Positions 1 to 10,590 of a stretch of DNA of 64,000 nt are shown in pieces. Position 1 is the first letter of the stretch; the number at the start of each line of letters is the position of its first letter. The translations under genes and the position numbers were made by a program. The notes beneath the pieces are model-generated. The model saw only the letters and a list, made by a program, of their open reading frames with translations. It was not told the DNA's origin and did not search any database. Source of the stretch: Candidatus Hermodarchaeota archaeon (GTDB taxonomy: Archaea > Asgardarchaeota > Lokiarchaeia > Sigyniarchaeales > SOKP01); contig JBHLLO010000001.1 of assembly GCA_048885535.1 (NCBI GenBank), forward strand, positions 32,001 through 96,000, given 5' to 3'.

Positions 1-2
1 TA

Positions 3-242
3 CCTAATGATGAATCAAATAAGCAAGCTCTTTTATCATATGCGATTATTGAAAAAGAGACAGATGCTGAACTAGTAAAAAAGCTTCTAGAGAAAATTAA
101 TTCACATTTCCTAAATAGATATTCTCTTAATGATATTTTTTCAAAAAATGAAAATTATTTTAAAGTTTTTGTTGATAGAATTAATGAAATTCTTGGAGAT
201 TTGAAATTAAAAACAGAAGATCGATTTAGATCTATCTTTTAA
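3..242 (+). CDS. 3' end of a hypothetical protein running in from the left edge (possibly longin-like)
   Basis: Open frame 3 (PNDESNKQALLSYAIIEKETDAELVKKLLEKINSHFLNRY...RFRSIF) ends with TAA at 240-242. Confidence 0.65.
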   Translation, partial: PNDESNKQALLSYAIIEKETDAELVKKLLEKINSHFLNRYSLNDIFSKNENYFKVFVDRINEILGDLKLKTEDRFRSIF

Positions 243-310
243 GTTAATAAGTCCCAAAGATAAGGTAATTGTGGAATTATTAGCACAAATTTTTCGGGTG
301 TTATTGGTTT

Positions 311-1513
311 ATGAGCTCAAATATCGGACCAGAAGCACAAGCAGCTTATCAGAAATATTTGGATGCTAATACTATAGAGGAGAAGATCAAAAGACTTGAG
401 GAATTTATCTCTTTAGTTCCCAAACATAAAGCTACTGAAAAAATCGTAGCCCTAAATCGATCTCGTCTCGCCAAATTAAAAAGAGAACAAGAAGAACAAA
501 AAATCAGACAAAAATCAACTTCTAAATTGATAAGTCCATTTTCAATTAAAAAAGAAGGTATTCAACTAATCTTAATAAGCGATTATTATGCTCCAGGTGT
601 AGGTAAAACATCATTATTAAACTTTTTAACGGGAGCAGCAACAGAAAAAGTAGGGAAATTTACTCCTTTACCTGAAATTGGTATTTATGAGTTTGACAAA
701 ATCCGATATCAAATTGTTGATATGCCTTCAATAATGAAAGGTGCTTCTAATGGAATAGGTAATGGTAAGGAAATACTTTCTCAATTAAGATCATGTGATT
801 TAATATGTTTTTGTATTGATCTATCTCGTGATTATGATTCCCAAATACAATTATTATTAACTGAATTAAACAAATCAAATATTCGTATAAATATTTCCCC
901 ACCGCCAATAACAATTGAGAAGACTGGTGCAAATAAAATACAAATATTTTTTCTTACCCCTGAAGCAAAAGAAACTGAAGAATTTGTGGAATTAACAAAT
1001 AGAATAAAGGAAATTATAACTGAGAATGGTATTAGAAACGCTATTGTCAAAGTTTTTGGCGAAATAACTCTTAATCAAGTTGTTGATGCATTGAATCCTT
1101 CTGTAGTATACAAAAAAGCAATAATTATTGGAACAAAAGGAGATCTACCAGGTACAAGGAAAAAGTTTGAAAAAATGAGGAGATTATATTTGACTCAATT
1201 CCCTATAATAATTGGATCCAGTGTAAATAAAAAGGAATTCCCTGATAATTTTGGAGAAATAATTTTAAAATTTCTGGACAAAATCAAAATTTATACAATG
1301 CATAAAGGAGTGATTGCTGAAAAGCCATTAGTGGTAGATTCTGAGCCAAATATGCCAAAAATAAAAGATATAGCATTAAGAATACATAAAAGCTTCTTTG
1401 ACCAGTTTGATTACGCAATAGTTCTTAGGGAGTCAGAACGTCAAAAACGTAAGAAAGTTGGTTTAGATTATGAATTAAAGGACAATGATATTATAGAGTT
1501 GTTTACTAAGTAG
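311..1513 (+). CDS. DRG/Obg-family GTP-binding protein with C-terminal TGS domain (divergent motifs)
   Basis: PKHKATEK N-terminus typical of DRG, GVGKTS P-loop, TKGD G4, IHKSF...KVGLDYELKDNDIIE TGS signature. Confidence 0.85.
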   Translation: MSSNIGPEAQAAYQKYLDANTIEEKIKRLEEFISLVPKHKATEKIVALNRSRLAKLKREQEEQKIRQKSTSKLISPFSIKKEGIQLILISDYYAPGVGKTSLLNFLTGAATEKVGKFTPLPEIGIYEFDKIRYQIVDMPSIMKGASNGIGNGKEILSQLRSCDLICFCIDLSRDYDSQIQLLLTELNKSNIRINISPPPITIEKTGANKIQIFFLTPEAKETEEFVELTNRIKEIITENGIRNAIVKVFGEITLNQVVDALNPSVVYKKAIIIGTKGDLPGTRKKFEKMRRLYLTQFPIIIGSSVNKKEFPDNFGEIILKFLDKIKIYTMHKGVIAEKPLVVDSEPNMPKIKDIALRIHKSFFDQFDYAIVLRESERQKRKKVGLDYELKDNDIIELFTK

Positions 1514-4196
1514 AGAGAGGATTTTTTATTTTTTCTATAATATTCGGTATCTCATTTATTTCATCTTTATATATTGAATATACTTCCGGAATTCCATTCA
1601 AAATGTTTAGGATGCTCTCAAATGAATAGATTAAATTTTCTAAATAATCTATTATATCGCCTTTAAAAATCAAAATTTTATAGTCTTCTTCAAAAACTCT
1701 ACTTATTTCTTCAATTGAGAGGTTTTCCTTTATCCTGAATGATAATAACATTCTTTCTATACTTTTCCTCCCACACTCACAATAAGGGTTATCTTCACAG
1801 CCACAGTTAAAAATATCATTTACCCATTTTGTTATATACTCAATAAATTCGTTTGAAAATTTCTTTCTTTTTCTCACATAATCAGCATTCATTAAAGATA
1901 AGACGCTTGCACTAAAAAAATTATTACTGAAATATTTCATATTGATGTTTTTTGATAAATCTGATATTACTTTCTTTGATAAATATACATTCTTCAATGG
2001 TTTTAATTCTAGTACTATATTTATAATATTTTCAGCTTTTAATTTTAAAATATCAATAATCTCCATGCTTTTCTCAACAGTTAAAAAAGACTTTGAGACT
2101 GCACGTCCTAAATTACTGACTTTATAACTTGAATTATCATTTAATATAACCAATTTCATTTTTATTAGTTTTCTCAATAATAAGTCTATTTCATAATTAG
2201 CATTTATTAACTTTTTATTAAATTCATAGATATTTCGTATATCTATTCCCTCATTGAACATCGAAATAAATCCAAGTAATTCTGTCACAGATTTATCTTC
2301 ATCTGGATCCAATTCAAAATCTTTTATTTTTCCATTCAATAAATTAATGGCAATATTTTCTTCAGTAATTTTCATTTTAGGTACATAAATTTTTTCAGGT
2401 TCAACAAGTAGATATGCATAACCGACATCATGTTTTCCTAATCTTCCTGCTCGACCTAACATTTGTTCAAATTCTGCCACTGTCAGCACTTTTATCCCCA
2501 TTGCTAATGATTCGAAAATTACTTGTTTTGCAGGAAAATCTACGCCAGCCGCTAAAGCGGCAGTAGCGACTACCGCTGAAATTTTTTGGTTTTGGAACTC
2601 CATCTCGATTAACTTTCTTTCTTCATTTGTTAACCCTGAGTGGTAAGCTCTTACGCTTATTCCCCTTTTATCGAGGAGGGTTGATAGAGCTTCACATTTT
2701 TTTCGTGAATTAGTAAAAATGATTGATTGACCTCTGAATCCATAACTTGATTTTTCAAGAAAGGCTGATTGAATTAGCTTGATCATGAATTTTTGTTTTA
2801 GGGTTTCGTTTAAACATAGAATTAAATGACGTTCAATTGGCACTGGTCTATTATTGTAATTAATTAAAGTCCCACCTAATTTTCTAGCTAAAACTTCTGG
2901 AGCTCCAATTGTGGCACTTAAATATAGGTATTGTACTTCTTTATAATTAACTTTTAATCTAGCTATTAATCCATCTAATAAATATCCTCTATCTATATCT
3001 GTTAAAGTTTGAATCTCATCAACGATTATTGTTCCTATATTGCCTAATGATTCCTTGCTACCATTTCTTAATATATAATCAATAGCTTCGTAGGTTGCAA
3101 CGATAATGTCCGCATCGACTAGGTCATCTAAATTAGGGGGTTCATTTTTATCTAAAAGCGATTCTCCTATTTTCTTTACTATTTTTAGATCTAATTCTTT
3201 ATACTTTTTTTCGAATTCTTCTGTTCTTACATTTGCTAGAGCTACAATTGGTACTAAATACAACATCTTAAGATTTCTAGTTAGTATTTTTGAAATTCCT
3301 GCTACTTCACCGATTAAAGTTTTACCTGATGATGTAGGCGCCATAATTATTTGATTTTCATCATGACTCAATAATCTTTGATCGATGGAAATTGCTTGAA
3401 TGGGTAATAGCTTCTCAATTCCTTGATTTTTCAGTGCACTCTTCAGCTCTTTCGGTATTGAGATTTTATCAATGGAAATATTTAAGTAACGCTCAGAAAG
3501 AGGAGGGCTCTTCTCAATATCATATAGTGTAACTTCTTTATTTTTCACTGGATTGAAATTTGCTTTAAAAGAATTCAAAACCTTATCAATATTTTTAAAT
3601 TTTAGAATCATGTGGTTAAAGAAATTTTTCAGTTTTGGATTTATTCTTTCGGTTGAAATTAATCCAATAATTTTTGCTCGATTTAAGACAATTTCTAAAG
3701 CACAATCAGAACATAAAATTTGATTTTGAAAAGATCTGATTTGGTGATTTTTATTTAAAATATTAAATTCTTTTTTGTCTAAACAGGCTTTGCAAAAAGT
3801 TAAATTAATTATTTTGTCTTCAGGGATTTGGAAACTTTTCAACATTTTGTGAACTTTTAGAAAGTCATTAGGGTTAGTTTGGCTCGAAAAAGCCACAAAC
3901 TGACTTTTTTCAGAAACAAGAAACCTTTTAAAAATTTTTGGATCAACGGGTTCTCTATTTCCGTCCCTTAATATCTTTAAGAAAGATAAAGGGCGAAATT
4001 TATTTTTAAAGTCTAAACCAAAAAGTAGGATTCCCTTGAAAAAAGGCTCTTTTACATAAGTTATTGATTGCGTTTTTTTATTGAAAGATTTCAGGTAAAA
4101 AAAGTTGATATTAAAACAATTTTCTTTTTTGCTTTCTAAATTTTTATCTAATACAATAAAGAATTTTCTTTTAATAACACTCAATAGAATCTTCAC
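1506..4196 (-). CDS. Archaeal SF2 DEAD/DEAH-box helicase (DUF5814-type C-terminus)
   Basis: APTSSGKT, DEIQ, SAT, QMLGRAGR motifs; C-terminal CGCEDNPYCECG; start codon uncertain. Confidence 0.85.
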   Translation of the reverse strand: MKILLSVIKRKFFIVLDKNLESKKENCFNINFFYLKSFNKKTQSITYVKEPFFKGILLFGLDFKNKFRPLSFLKILRDGNREPVDPKIFKRFLVSEKSQFVAFSSQTNPNDFLKVHKMLKSFQIPEDKIINLTFCKACLDKKEFNILNKNHQIRSFQNQILCSDCALEIVLNRAKIIGLISTERINPKLKNFFNHMILKFKNIDKVLNSFKANFNPVKNKEVTLYDIEKSPPLSERYLNISIDKISIPKELKSALKNQGIEKLLPIQAISIDQRLLSHDENQIIMAPTSSGKTLIGEVAGISKILTRNLKMLYLVPIVALANVRTEEFEKKYKELDLKIVKKIGESLLDKNEPPNLDDLVDADIIVATYEAIDYILRNGSKESLGNIGTIIVDEIQTLTDIDRGYLLDGLIARLKVNYKEVQYLYLSATIGAPEVLARKLGGTLINYNNRPVPIERHLILCLNETLKQKFMIKLIQSAFLEKSSYGFRGQSIIFTNSRKKCEALSTLLDKRGISVRAYHSGLTNEERKLIEMEFQNQKISAVVATAALAAGVDFPAKQVIFESLAMGIKVLTVAEFEQMLGRAGRLGKHDVGYAYLLVEPEKIYVPKMKITEENIAINLLNGKIKDFELDPDEDKSVTELLGFISMFNEGIDIRNIYEFNKKLINANYEIDLLLRKLIKMKLVILNDNSSYKVSNLGRAVSKSFLTVEKSMEIIDILKLKAENIINIVLELKPLKNVYLSKKVISDLSKNINMKYFSNNFFSASVLSLMNADYVRKRKKFSNEFIEYITKWVNDIFNCGCEDNPYCECGRKSIERMLLSFRIKENLSIEEISRVFEEDYKILIFKGDIIDYLENLIYSFESILNILNGIPEVYSIYKDEINEIPNIIEKIKNPLST

Positions 4197-4346
4197 TTAA
4201 CTTTTAACTTCAAAAAAAAGAAATGAAATTAACTAAATCAATTTTTCTGTTAATCCCTTTTGATTGGCATTAATGAATCTAACTTAAAAAGATTAGGTAT
4301 AAAATAAAATCTTAAGTAAAATCAAGAAATGTAAAAGAAATAAAAA

Positions 4347-4508
4347 TTAGAACCCAAAAATTTGTTTAATTTTATCATAGATCTCCTTAATTTGTCTAAG
4401 TTTTGTCTCATCCCCTTGGTTCAGAAAGTGCTCAATCCACTGAGCAAGTCCGTTTGATTCAATCCATTGTTTGAAATATTCAACAGCTTGACGATCTTCA
4501 GCAGACAT
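4347..4508 (-). CDS. Small hypothetical helical protein (53 aa) missed by the ORF track
   Basis: ATG at 4508 to TAA at 4347-4349: MSAEDRQAVEYFKQWIESNGLAQWIEHFLNQGDETKLRQIKEIYDKIKQIFGF; GC content above flanks, protein-like composition. Confidence 0.7.
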   Translation of the reverse strand: MSAEDRQAVEYFKQWIESNGLAQWIEHFLNQGDETKLRQIKEIYDKIKQIFGF

Positions 4509-4622
4509 TTTTTTCCATACTTTTTTTTATTTCTATATAAAATTATAAATTATTCTATTTTATATTTTTATAATTTTATTTTACTTAGATAAAATTAATA
4601 TAAAAACAAAAGTGAAAATTTA

Positions 4623-5582
4623 ATGCCAGATGTGAGAATTAAAACCCCTAATTTAGATGATATATTTGAAAAATGGAAACAAAGTTCTGTAAGGAAAGAT
4701 CGAAAAAGAATGGAAAAACAATTTGGTACAAAAGGAGCAGTTTTTTCTCTTGATGTCATATCTGCTGCTGAATATGTTAAAGATACAATGAAAGAAGCAG
4801 CAATTTATTTTGCTGTTAAAAAAACTCTTGGACCATCAACTAAAGACAAAGAAGAACATATAGTATTAGCCCCAAAATTAGTTCGAGAATATTTCTATTC
4901 ATTTAAAGGATCAGAAAAGGTCAATAAAGATAATTGGAAGGGAGATGAATTGGTACCAACATATGAATCAATTCAACCAGTCTCTTGCAAAAAATGTGGA
5001 GGAAAAGGGTATCTTGATGAAAAATGTAAAACCTGCAATGGTAATGGTAAAATTGAAGAAAATATTGTTGTTTTAATAGGAGAAGACCAGAAAAAAGAGA
5101 AGAAACCTTTCTCATATCCTTGTGGCACTTGTTACGGCACTGGTAGTCGACGAGAATCATGTAAAGAGTGTGGAGGTCATAAAAGTTTATATAAATATGA
5201 GAATCTACCTGTTCCTTTTAAAACATTAATTACGGGGATTCCAATACTTCATAGTAGTGCTCAAACGAGATATGAAAAAGAAATGGGAGAAGATCTTCAT
5301 AAAATGCTCGAAGATGTTGAAGGAATTAAATTTAATGATTTCAAAGAATTAGAATCTAAATCAGAAGCTTCTTTGGGTTATTGGAATAAAAATATAAAGA
5401 AAACTATTAGTTCCGCTGGAAGTGACTATAAAACTTACCAGAAGGATAAAGACACTCAAATAACTACGCAAATTTATCTCTTTCCCCTTATTCAAATGTT
5501 CTGTGAAACAAAAAAAGGGAAAAAATTCGAAATCTATAGTCTAGGTTCAGCAAACAAATTCATGATTTATTCGAATTTCTAA
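4623..5582 (+). CDS. DnaJ-type CxxCxGxG zinc-finger protein without J domain (SSUH2-like)
   Basis: CKKCGGKG, CKTCNGNG, CGTCYGTG, CKECGG repeats; no HPD motif. Confidence 0.7.
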   Translation: MPDVRIKTPNLDDIFEKWKQSSVRKDRKRMEKQFGTKGAVFSLDVISAAEYVKDTMKEAAIYFAVKKTLGPSTKDKEEHIVLAPKLVREYFYSFKGSEKVNKDNWKGDELVPTYESIQPVSCKKCGGKGYLDEKCKTCNGNGKIEENIVVLIGEDQKKEKKPFSYPCGTCYGTGSRRESCKECGGHKSLYKYENLPVPFKTLITGIPILHSSAQTRYEKEMGEDLHKMLEDVEGIKFNDFKELESKSEASLGYWNKNIKKTISSAGSDYKTYQKDKDTQITTQIYLFPLIQMFCETKKGKKFEIYSLGSANKFMIYSNF

Positions 5583-5623
5583 TACTTATTTTTTTCTAAT
5601 TATATTCATGTTTTAAGCTGATA

Positions 5624-8218
5624 TTATTCAATTATATCATAACGATTTAATAATCTGGCAAAGATTTTTATTAACCAAAATAACTTTTTAGGTGCTCTAG
5701 AAACCCAATAATTAAAGTTTGCTGTAAAATCGTTTTCTTTTGAGCGTAACCCATTCAAAAAATTAGGATAATTTAATCCTCCTGTAATTTTTGGGACCTT
5801 TCCTAGACTTTTCACACCTCGCCAGCTGTCTTCGGACTTTCTTCGCCCTAACCATGATTTATCAGTTTTTACTTGAATTAAATTCCCAGATACGGTATTA
5901 ATTTGACCGTAAATATTAATTAATCCAATTCCTCCGATATAATCAGTGTTTTCAACACTAATTACATTCTCTCCCGTTCGTAAAAATTTCTTTATCTCAA
6001 GAAGTTGAATGTTATTTTCTAAGGTAACAAAATTAAGTGAAAATCTTGTAATCACATGACCAACAAATTGATCATTTATATATATTTTAGCATATGTTCC
6101 TGCAATAACTTGAATATTAGCATTGATTACACGATCTTCGATTTCTATAACTTTTTTATAATAAGTTTTATGGGTTTTATGTATCTGTTTAGAATCATAA
6201 TATATGAATTCACTTGGAATATTGGGATTTACCCATTTACGATTATTTTCAATTTCAGAAATTTTCTCCTTGTAGAATTCTATTAACCAAAGATATCTTT
6301 TCTCTATACCTTGAAATCCATCTTCTTTTGCGCAATTAAACCATAGAGCTTTGTATTCAGCTAATAAATTCGTTAGATCTTCTATTAAAACATTTATTTC
6401 TTCAATATATTGCCCTTTCAATTTACTTTTAGCTCTTTCTGAGTAAAAATTAACAAGTTTTTTAGAATTTTTTCTCTTCTGACAATACAATTTCAATTGT
6501 TTTGCTATAAAACCAAGATTTCTAATATTTATTCCATTTTTTAAAACTTTTTTTTCTAAATTTCCACAGATTTCGATAATTGTATTTAAATCTTCGATTA
6601 GTTTATCAAATCTTGTAATCCTAATGTTTCTTTTGTACAATGAACTTTTCTTATTATAGGGATGGCTGAAGAAATGATTATAATAAGAAGAATCTCGAGT
6701 ATGTAGTTTATTATTGTCCTGAATTGCTCTTAAAGAGTAAAAAACTTTTTTCAGCTTAGGATCAATTAATCCAAAAAAATGTAAAAATAAACCCTCCCAA
6801 AATCTAATCTTATCAACTATTTTATCAGGATTCCATCCAACTTCCGCAGAAAATATGAAACCATATATTCGGTTTTCTCTTATTTCTTTATTTTTAAAAT
6901 CACCCCAACTTGAGGTTACTTCCCCAATTATGTTCCGATAGTATCCATATTTAATTAAATTCATAATGTTCTCTTCTGATTTTGCAAATGAGGGATATAA
7001 GCGATTATAATCCATAATCGAAGGACTCACAATTATTGGATAGCCAAAAGACTTAATCTCATCTAAAAAGGGATGCTTTTCTTTTGTATTGTATTTCCAA
7101 TACATAATAATCATATCTTTCGGTAACCTGAGTAAGACTTTTTTGTATTTATAAAGAATATCGTGATAGATTATTACTTTTTTATATCCATGTTTTTTAA
7201 CAATATCATATATTCTTTGATAATGCTTTAAGTAAGCATTTTCAATTCCAATTTCTTCGATATAAGCGTGTGAAGCATATTTACCAACATCGGAACTCTC
7301 GTCAGCAGCTATATGAAAAAAATCTGTTTTAAAAACTTGAGCTAACTCCCCAATCATCTTATCTAGTAATGTATAAATATCTTCATTGGCGAGATTTAAA
7401 CTATTTGAACCAGGAAACTCACCATAGCTCCAATATTCCTGACGATTTAGAATATTATCCCAATGACCAGTAGTTTGAAATATAGGGATTAATTCAACAA
7501 AATGTTTTTCTGCAAATTCGACTAATTCTTTTATTTCCTCCTTTGAATAAGCACCTCTTCCTTCTGAAATCTTAGGATGGTCTTGAAACTTGAACATATC
7601 TTGCATATAGACCAAATAATAATGATTAACCTTAAAATGACTCAATTCTTTTATGAATTTCTTTAAGTTTTCAATTGTTGCAGCTTGACCCCTTGAAATA
7701 TCATCAGATACACCTCTTACTTCTAGTAAAGGAAAATCAATTATTATTACCTCATTTAAAGAATCTCTATTTGGGCTTGAATTAATTAACTGGAGCATAG
7801 TTTGAACTCCATAGAAGATACCCTGTGGAGAATCTGCTAATATAATTACCCTAGTATCTTCGGATAATATAATATAGCCTTGTTTAATTTTTAGATTGTT
7901 ATTTAAAATACTTTCAATATCAGATTGAGGAAAGGCTTCTACACATTCCTTAATAATTTCATTTTCATCTAGTAAACCTTCTGCTTTCGTTTGCTTCTTA
8001 ATTTGAATATTATCAATCTTATTGAGATTTCTTAGCTCATTGTGAAATTGTTCAATGATAAAATCAAACTCGTCTGGTAAATCAGTTGAGATAATAAGTT
8101 GACTATTAAGATTCAATAATAAATCGCTTTTTAATTTAAAATATTGAACCTCAGGGAGAAGATATATATCAGTGGATATTTGATTTGTTTTAGTTAAATT
8201 TTCTAGATATAAAAACAT
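5624..8218 (-). CDS. Glycoside hydrolase family 20 (beta-N-acetylhexosaminidase-like)
   Basis: GH20b N-domain ([12 protein letters not shown]), [10 protein letters not shown], catalytic HIAADE. Confidence 0.85.
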   Translation of the reverse strand: MFLYLENLTKTNQISTDIYLLPEVQYFKLKSDLLLNLNSQLIISTDLPDEFDFIIEQFHNELRNLNKIDNIQIKKQTKAEGLLDENEIIKECVEAFPQSDIESILNNNLKIKQGYIILSEDTRVIILADSPQGIFYGVQTMLQLINSSPNRDSLNEVIIIDFPLLEVRGVSDDISRGQAATIENLKKFIKELSHFKVNHYYLVYMQDMFKFQDHPKISEGRGAYSKEEIKELVEFAEKHFVELIPIFQTTGHWDNILNRQEYWSYGEFPGSNSLNLANEDIYTLLDKMIGELAQVFKTDFFHIAADESSDVGKYASHAYIEEIGIENAYLKHYQRIYDIVKKHGYKKVIIYHDILYKYKKVLLRLPKDMIIMYWKYNTKEKHPFLDEIKSFGYPIIVSPSIMDYNRLYPSFAKSEENIMNLIKYGYYRNIIGEVTSSWGDFKNKEIRENRIYGFIFSAEVGWNPDKIVDKIRFWEGLFLHFFGLIDPKLKKVFYSLRAIQDNNKLHTRDSSYYNHFFSHPYNKKSSLYKRNIRITRFDKLIEDLNTIIEICGNLEKKVLKNGINIRNLGFIAKQLKLYCQKRKNSKKLVNFYSERAKSKLKGQYIEEINVLIEDLTNLLAEYKALWFNCAKEDGFQGIEKRYLWLIEFYKEKISEIENNRKWVNPNIPSEFIYYDSKQIHKTHKTYYKKVIEIEDRVINANIQVIAGTYAKIYINDQFVGHVITRFSLNFVTLENNIQLLEIKKFLRTGENVISVENTDYIGGIGLINIYGQINTVSGNLIQVKTDKSWLGRRKSEDSWRGVKSLGKVPKITGGLNYPNFLNGLRSKENDFTANFNYWVSRAPKKLFWLIKIFARLLNRYDIIE

Positions 8219-8504
8219 ATTATTAAATCATTTAATACCCTAAAAAAAATTATTTAAAACCAAGAAAACAAAATCTATGAAAGATATTAGAAGATAATTT
8301 GGATGAAATCAAATAAAGCCATTCTTAATACACGAGATTAGTAGAATCAAAATGTTATTTTAATTTAAGCTGGAAGGTTATTAACTGACTTGCTTAATTC
8401 AAAACTCAAGTATTATTCTTATAGAGATTTAAATAAAAAACTTGTTAATAAATTTAAGTCTGATAGATGACCATAAGATTTATAAAGTAATAAAAAATAT
8501 CTAG

Positions 8505-8536
8505 GTTTGAACTTATATAAGTTTGAACTTATATAA
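8505..8536. repeat. Perfect 16-bp tandem direct repeat in the promoter region of the ECF S-component gene
   Basis: GTTTGAACTTATATAA x2 (8505-8520, 8521-8536), each ending in a TATA-like TTATATAA. Confidence 0.8.
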
Positions 8537-8556
8537 AATTTGAAAGGTGTATAAAA

Positions 8557-9186
8557 ATGGAGAATGAGGTTAGAGCACCAGAAAAGAAATACGATACATC
8601 ATATAAATCACTTAAGGGTTATGTTTTGTTTACTAACTCATTGAGTGTTGCCATAGCCGGAATATTTTCTGCTTTTACTTGTGGACTGACACTTCTATTT
8701 CCACTTCTTTTTCCGCAAGGATTTATTAATATAGGTGATCTAGCAGTCATGATAACTGCAGTACTTTTTGGGCCTATTATTGGATTTGTAGCAGGAGGTA
8801 TTGGTCCTATGTTAGCGGATTTTATATTAGGATATCCCCAAACTGCTCTCTTCACATTTATAATAAAAGCTTGCGAAGGATTTGTAGTAGGATTTATTTC
8901 TAACCCAAGAAGAAATTACAAAAAAATTCATTATCAGGACATAGTTGGATTAATTATTGGAGGTTTGATAATGGTTTTTGGATACTTTTTTGTAGAATTA
9001 TATATTTTTAGAGATCCCGGATGGGCTTTTGGAGAATTACCTCTAAATTTTGGAGTCCAATTTAGTGTAGGAGTTATCGGGACAATACTCTTTATAACAG
9101 CTTCACGTAAGAATATTATACTTAACTTCCCTAATATATTTGAAAAAATATTCATAATAGAATCTTTGGAAACCAAATCAAAATAA
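8557..9186 (+). CDS. ECF transporter S component
   Basis: GFINIGD, GGIGPMLADFILGY, TFIIKACEG motifs; multiple TM helices. Confidence 0.85.
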   Translation: MENEVRAPEKKYDTSYKSLKGYVLFTNSLSVAIAGIFSAFTCGLTLLFPLLFPQGFINIGDLAVMITAVLFGPIIGFVAGGIGPMLADFILGYPQTALFTFIIKACEGFVVGFISNPRRNYKKIHYQDIVGLIIGGLIMVFGYFFVELYIFRDPGWAFGELPLNFGVQFSVGVIGTILFITASRKNIILNFPNIFEKIFIIESLETKSK

Positions 9187-10590
9187 GCTAATGAGAGTTT
9201 CTAGAGCTTCTAATACTTTTTTTCCATTTTCGGTAATACTATAATACACATTTTTTCCACTTTTTTCCCTTGAAATCAATTGCTTTTCCTCTAATTCTTT
9301 TAAATGTTGATAAACTGCAGCCACACTAATAGATCCTAACATTTCCTTTATTTTTATTCCATATATACCCCTATTACCTGCTAATGAAACTTGAGTTAAT
9401 ATTTTCAGTTTAGTGCTTAATAAACTTCCCATTCCAGCAGTTTTCGTTCGAGAGGATAACGCTTCTAATACATAAGGTGCTTTTAACCCACTTCCTGTAA
9501 TAATGCAAACTACTTTTTCTTTAGGATCAAACAAATCTCGTTGATTTAAGATTTGAACTGCTGCTAAGGTCAAAGCAGATGATGGTTCAGCGAAAATACC
9601 TTCATTTCTAATTAACTCATCAATTGAGCTTAAAATTAAGTTTTCAGGAACCGCTAATGAGGTACCATTGCTTTCTTTTATACACCTAATTGCTAAATCT
9701 TTAAAAATAGGCTTCTTCACAAAAATACCCATAGCTAATGATTTTGTTATATCACCTTCTTTACTAATTTGATCGTTCTGTTGAAAAAATCCATTTACTA
9801 TAGGAGAGGATACTTGAGATTGAACCCCGATTAATTTTGGGAAATCTTGGATAACTTTTGCTTCTCGAATCTCATAATAACTTTTCCATAAGCTCACTAA
9901 TAATTCACCACTCCCCATTGGAATCACAATCCAATCAGGAAGTCCTAATTGTTGATAAACCTCAAAACCAATTGTTTTTTGAGCTTCAATTGTAAGAGGG
10001 TTAAACTCACTAGTACATTGATAATAATCGTTGTATTTTTTATCTAAAGCCAATTCGATTGCATCATCAATTAACTCCCCATTTACAATTATTTCCGAAT
10101 TATAAGCAATCATTTGAGCTTTTTTACCAATGTCTATTTCCCTTGGTATAATATTTATACATTTTATACCTTCTAATGAAGTATAGGCGGCAATTGAAGC
10201 ACCTTGGTTTCCACTAGAAGCGCATACTACCTTATTATATCCCCAACTACGTGCGTGGGAAATTAACAGTGCCGCAGATCTGTCTTTAAATGAATTCGTA
10301 GGATTTTGAGTTTCATCTTTGAAATATAAGTTTTTAAGTCCTAAAATTTGTCCTATTTTTTCAGATTCTTTACACGGAGTGCCGCCTTCTCTTTTATCCA
10401 AACTAACAAGAAATTCTTTCTCAATCTCTGGAAAGGTGAAATAAAAGTCCCAAAAAGTCTTAAATGGCTTACCAAAATTTTCCTTATAATTTTCTAATTT
10501 TGGTTTGAACCATAACAAACTTCCACAATTAGTGCATTTATATTCAACTTTATTAAACTTATAATCCGTTTTACAGTTACTGCAGTTCAA
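9178..10590 (-). CDS. thrC: Threonine synthase-like PLP enzyme fused to a C-terminal winged HTH
   Basis: N-terminal Zn ribbon, NPTNSFKDR PLP lysine, ASSGN, PMGSG, EPSSA, TGSGLK; extra ~80-aa ArsR/PadR-like wHTH tail. Confidence 0.8.
   Translation of the reverse strand: MNCSNCKTDYKFNKVEYKCTNCGSLLWFKPKLENYKENFGKPFKTFWDFYFTFPEIEKEFLVSLDKREGGTPCKESEKIGQILGLKNLYFKDETQNPTNSFKDRSAALLISHARSWGYNKVVCASSGNQGASIAAYTSLEGIKCINIIPREIDIGKKAQMIAYNSEIIVNGELIDDAIELALDKKYNDYYQCTSEFNPLTIEAQKTIGFEVYQQLGLPDWIVIPMGSGELLVSLWKSYYEIREAKVIQDFPKLIGVQSQVSSPIVNGFFQQNDQISKEGDITKSLAMGIFVKKPIFKDLAIRCIKESNGTSLAVPENLILSSIDELIRNEGIFAEPSSALTLAAVQILNQRDLFDPKEKVVCIITGSGLKAPYVLEALSSRTKTAGMGSLLSTKLKILTQVSLAGNRGIYGIKIKEMLGSISVAAVYQHLKELEEKQLISREKSGKNVYYSITENGKKVLEALETLISLF

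Noticed and set aside
8219-8504. Riboswitch upstream of the ECF S component
   Set aside because: No recognisable TPP, FMN, cobalamin or other aptamer consensus by eye; an Rfam scan would be needed to exclude it
8505-8544. Mini CRISPR array (GTTTGAA-starting repeat)
   Set aside because: Copies are directly adjacent with no spacers, only 16 bp long, and there are no cas genes
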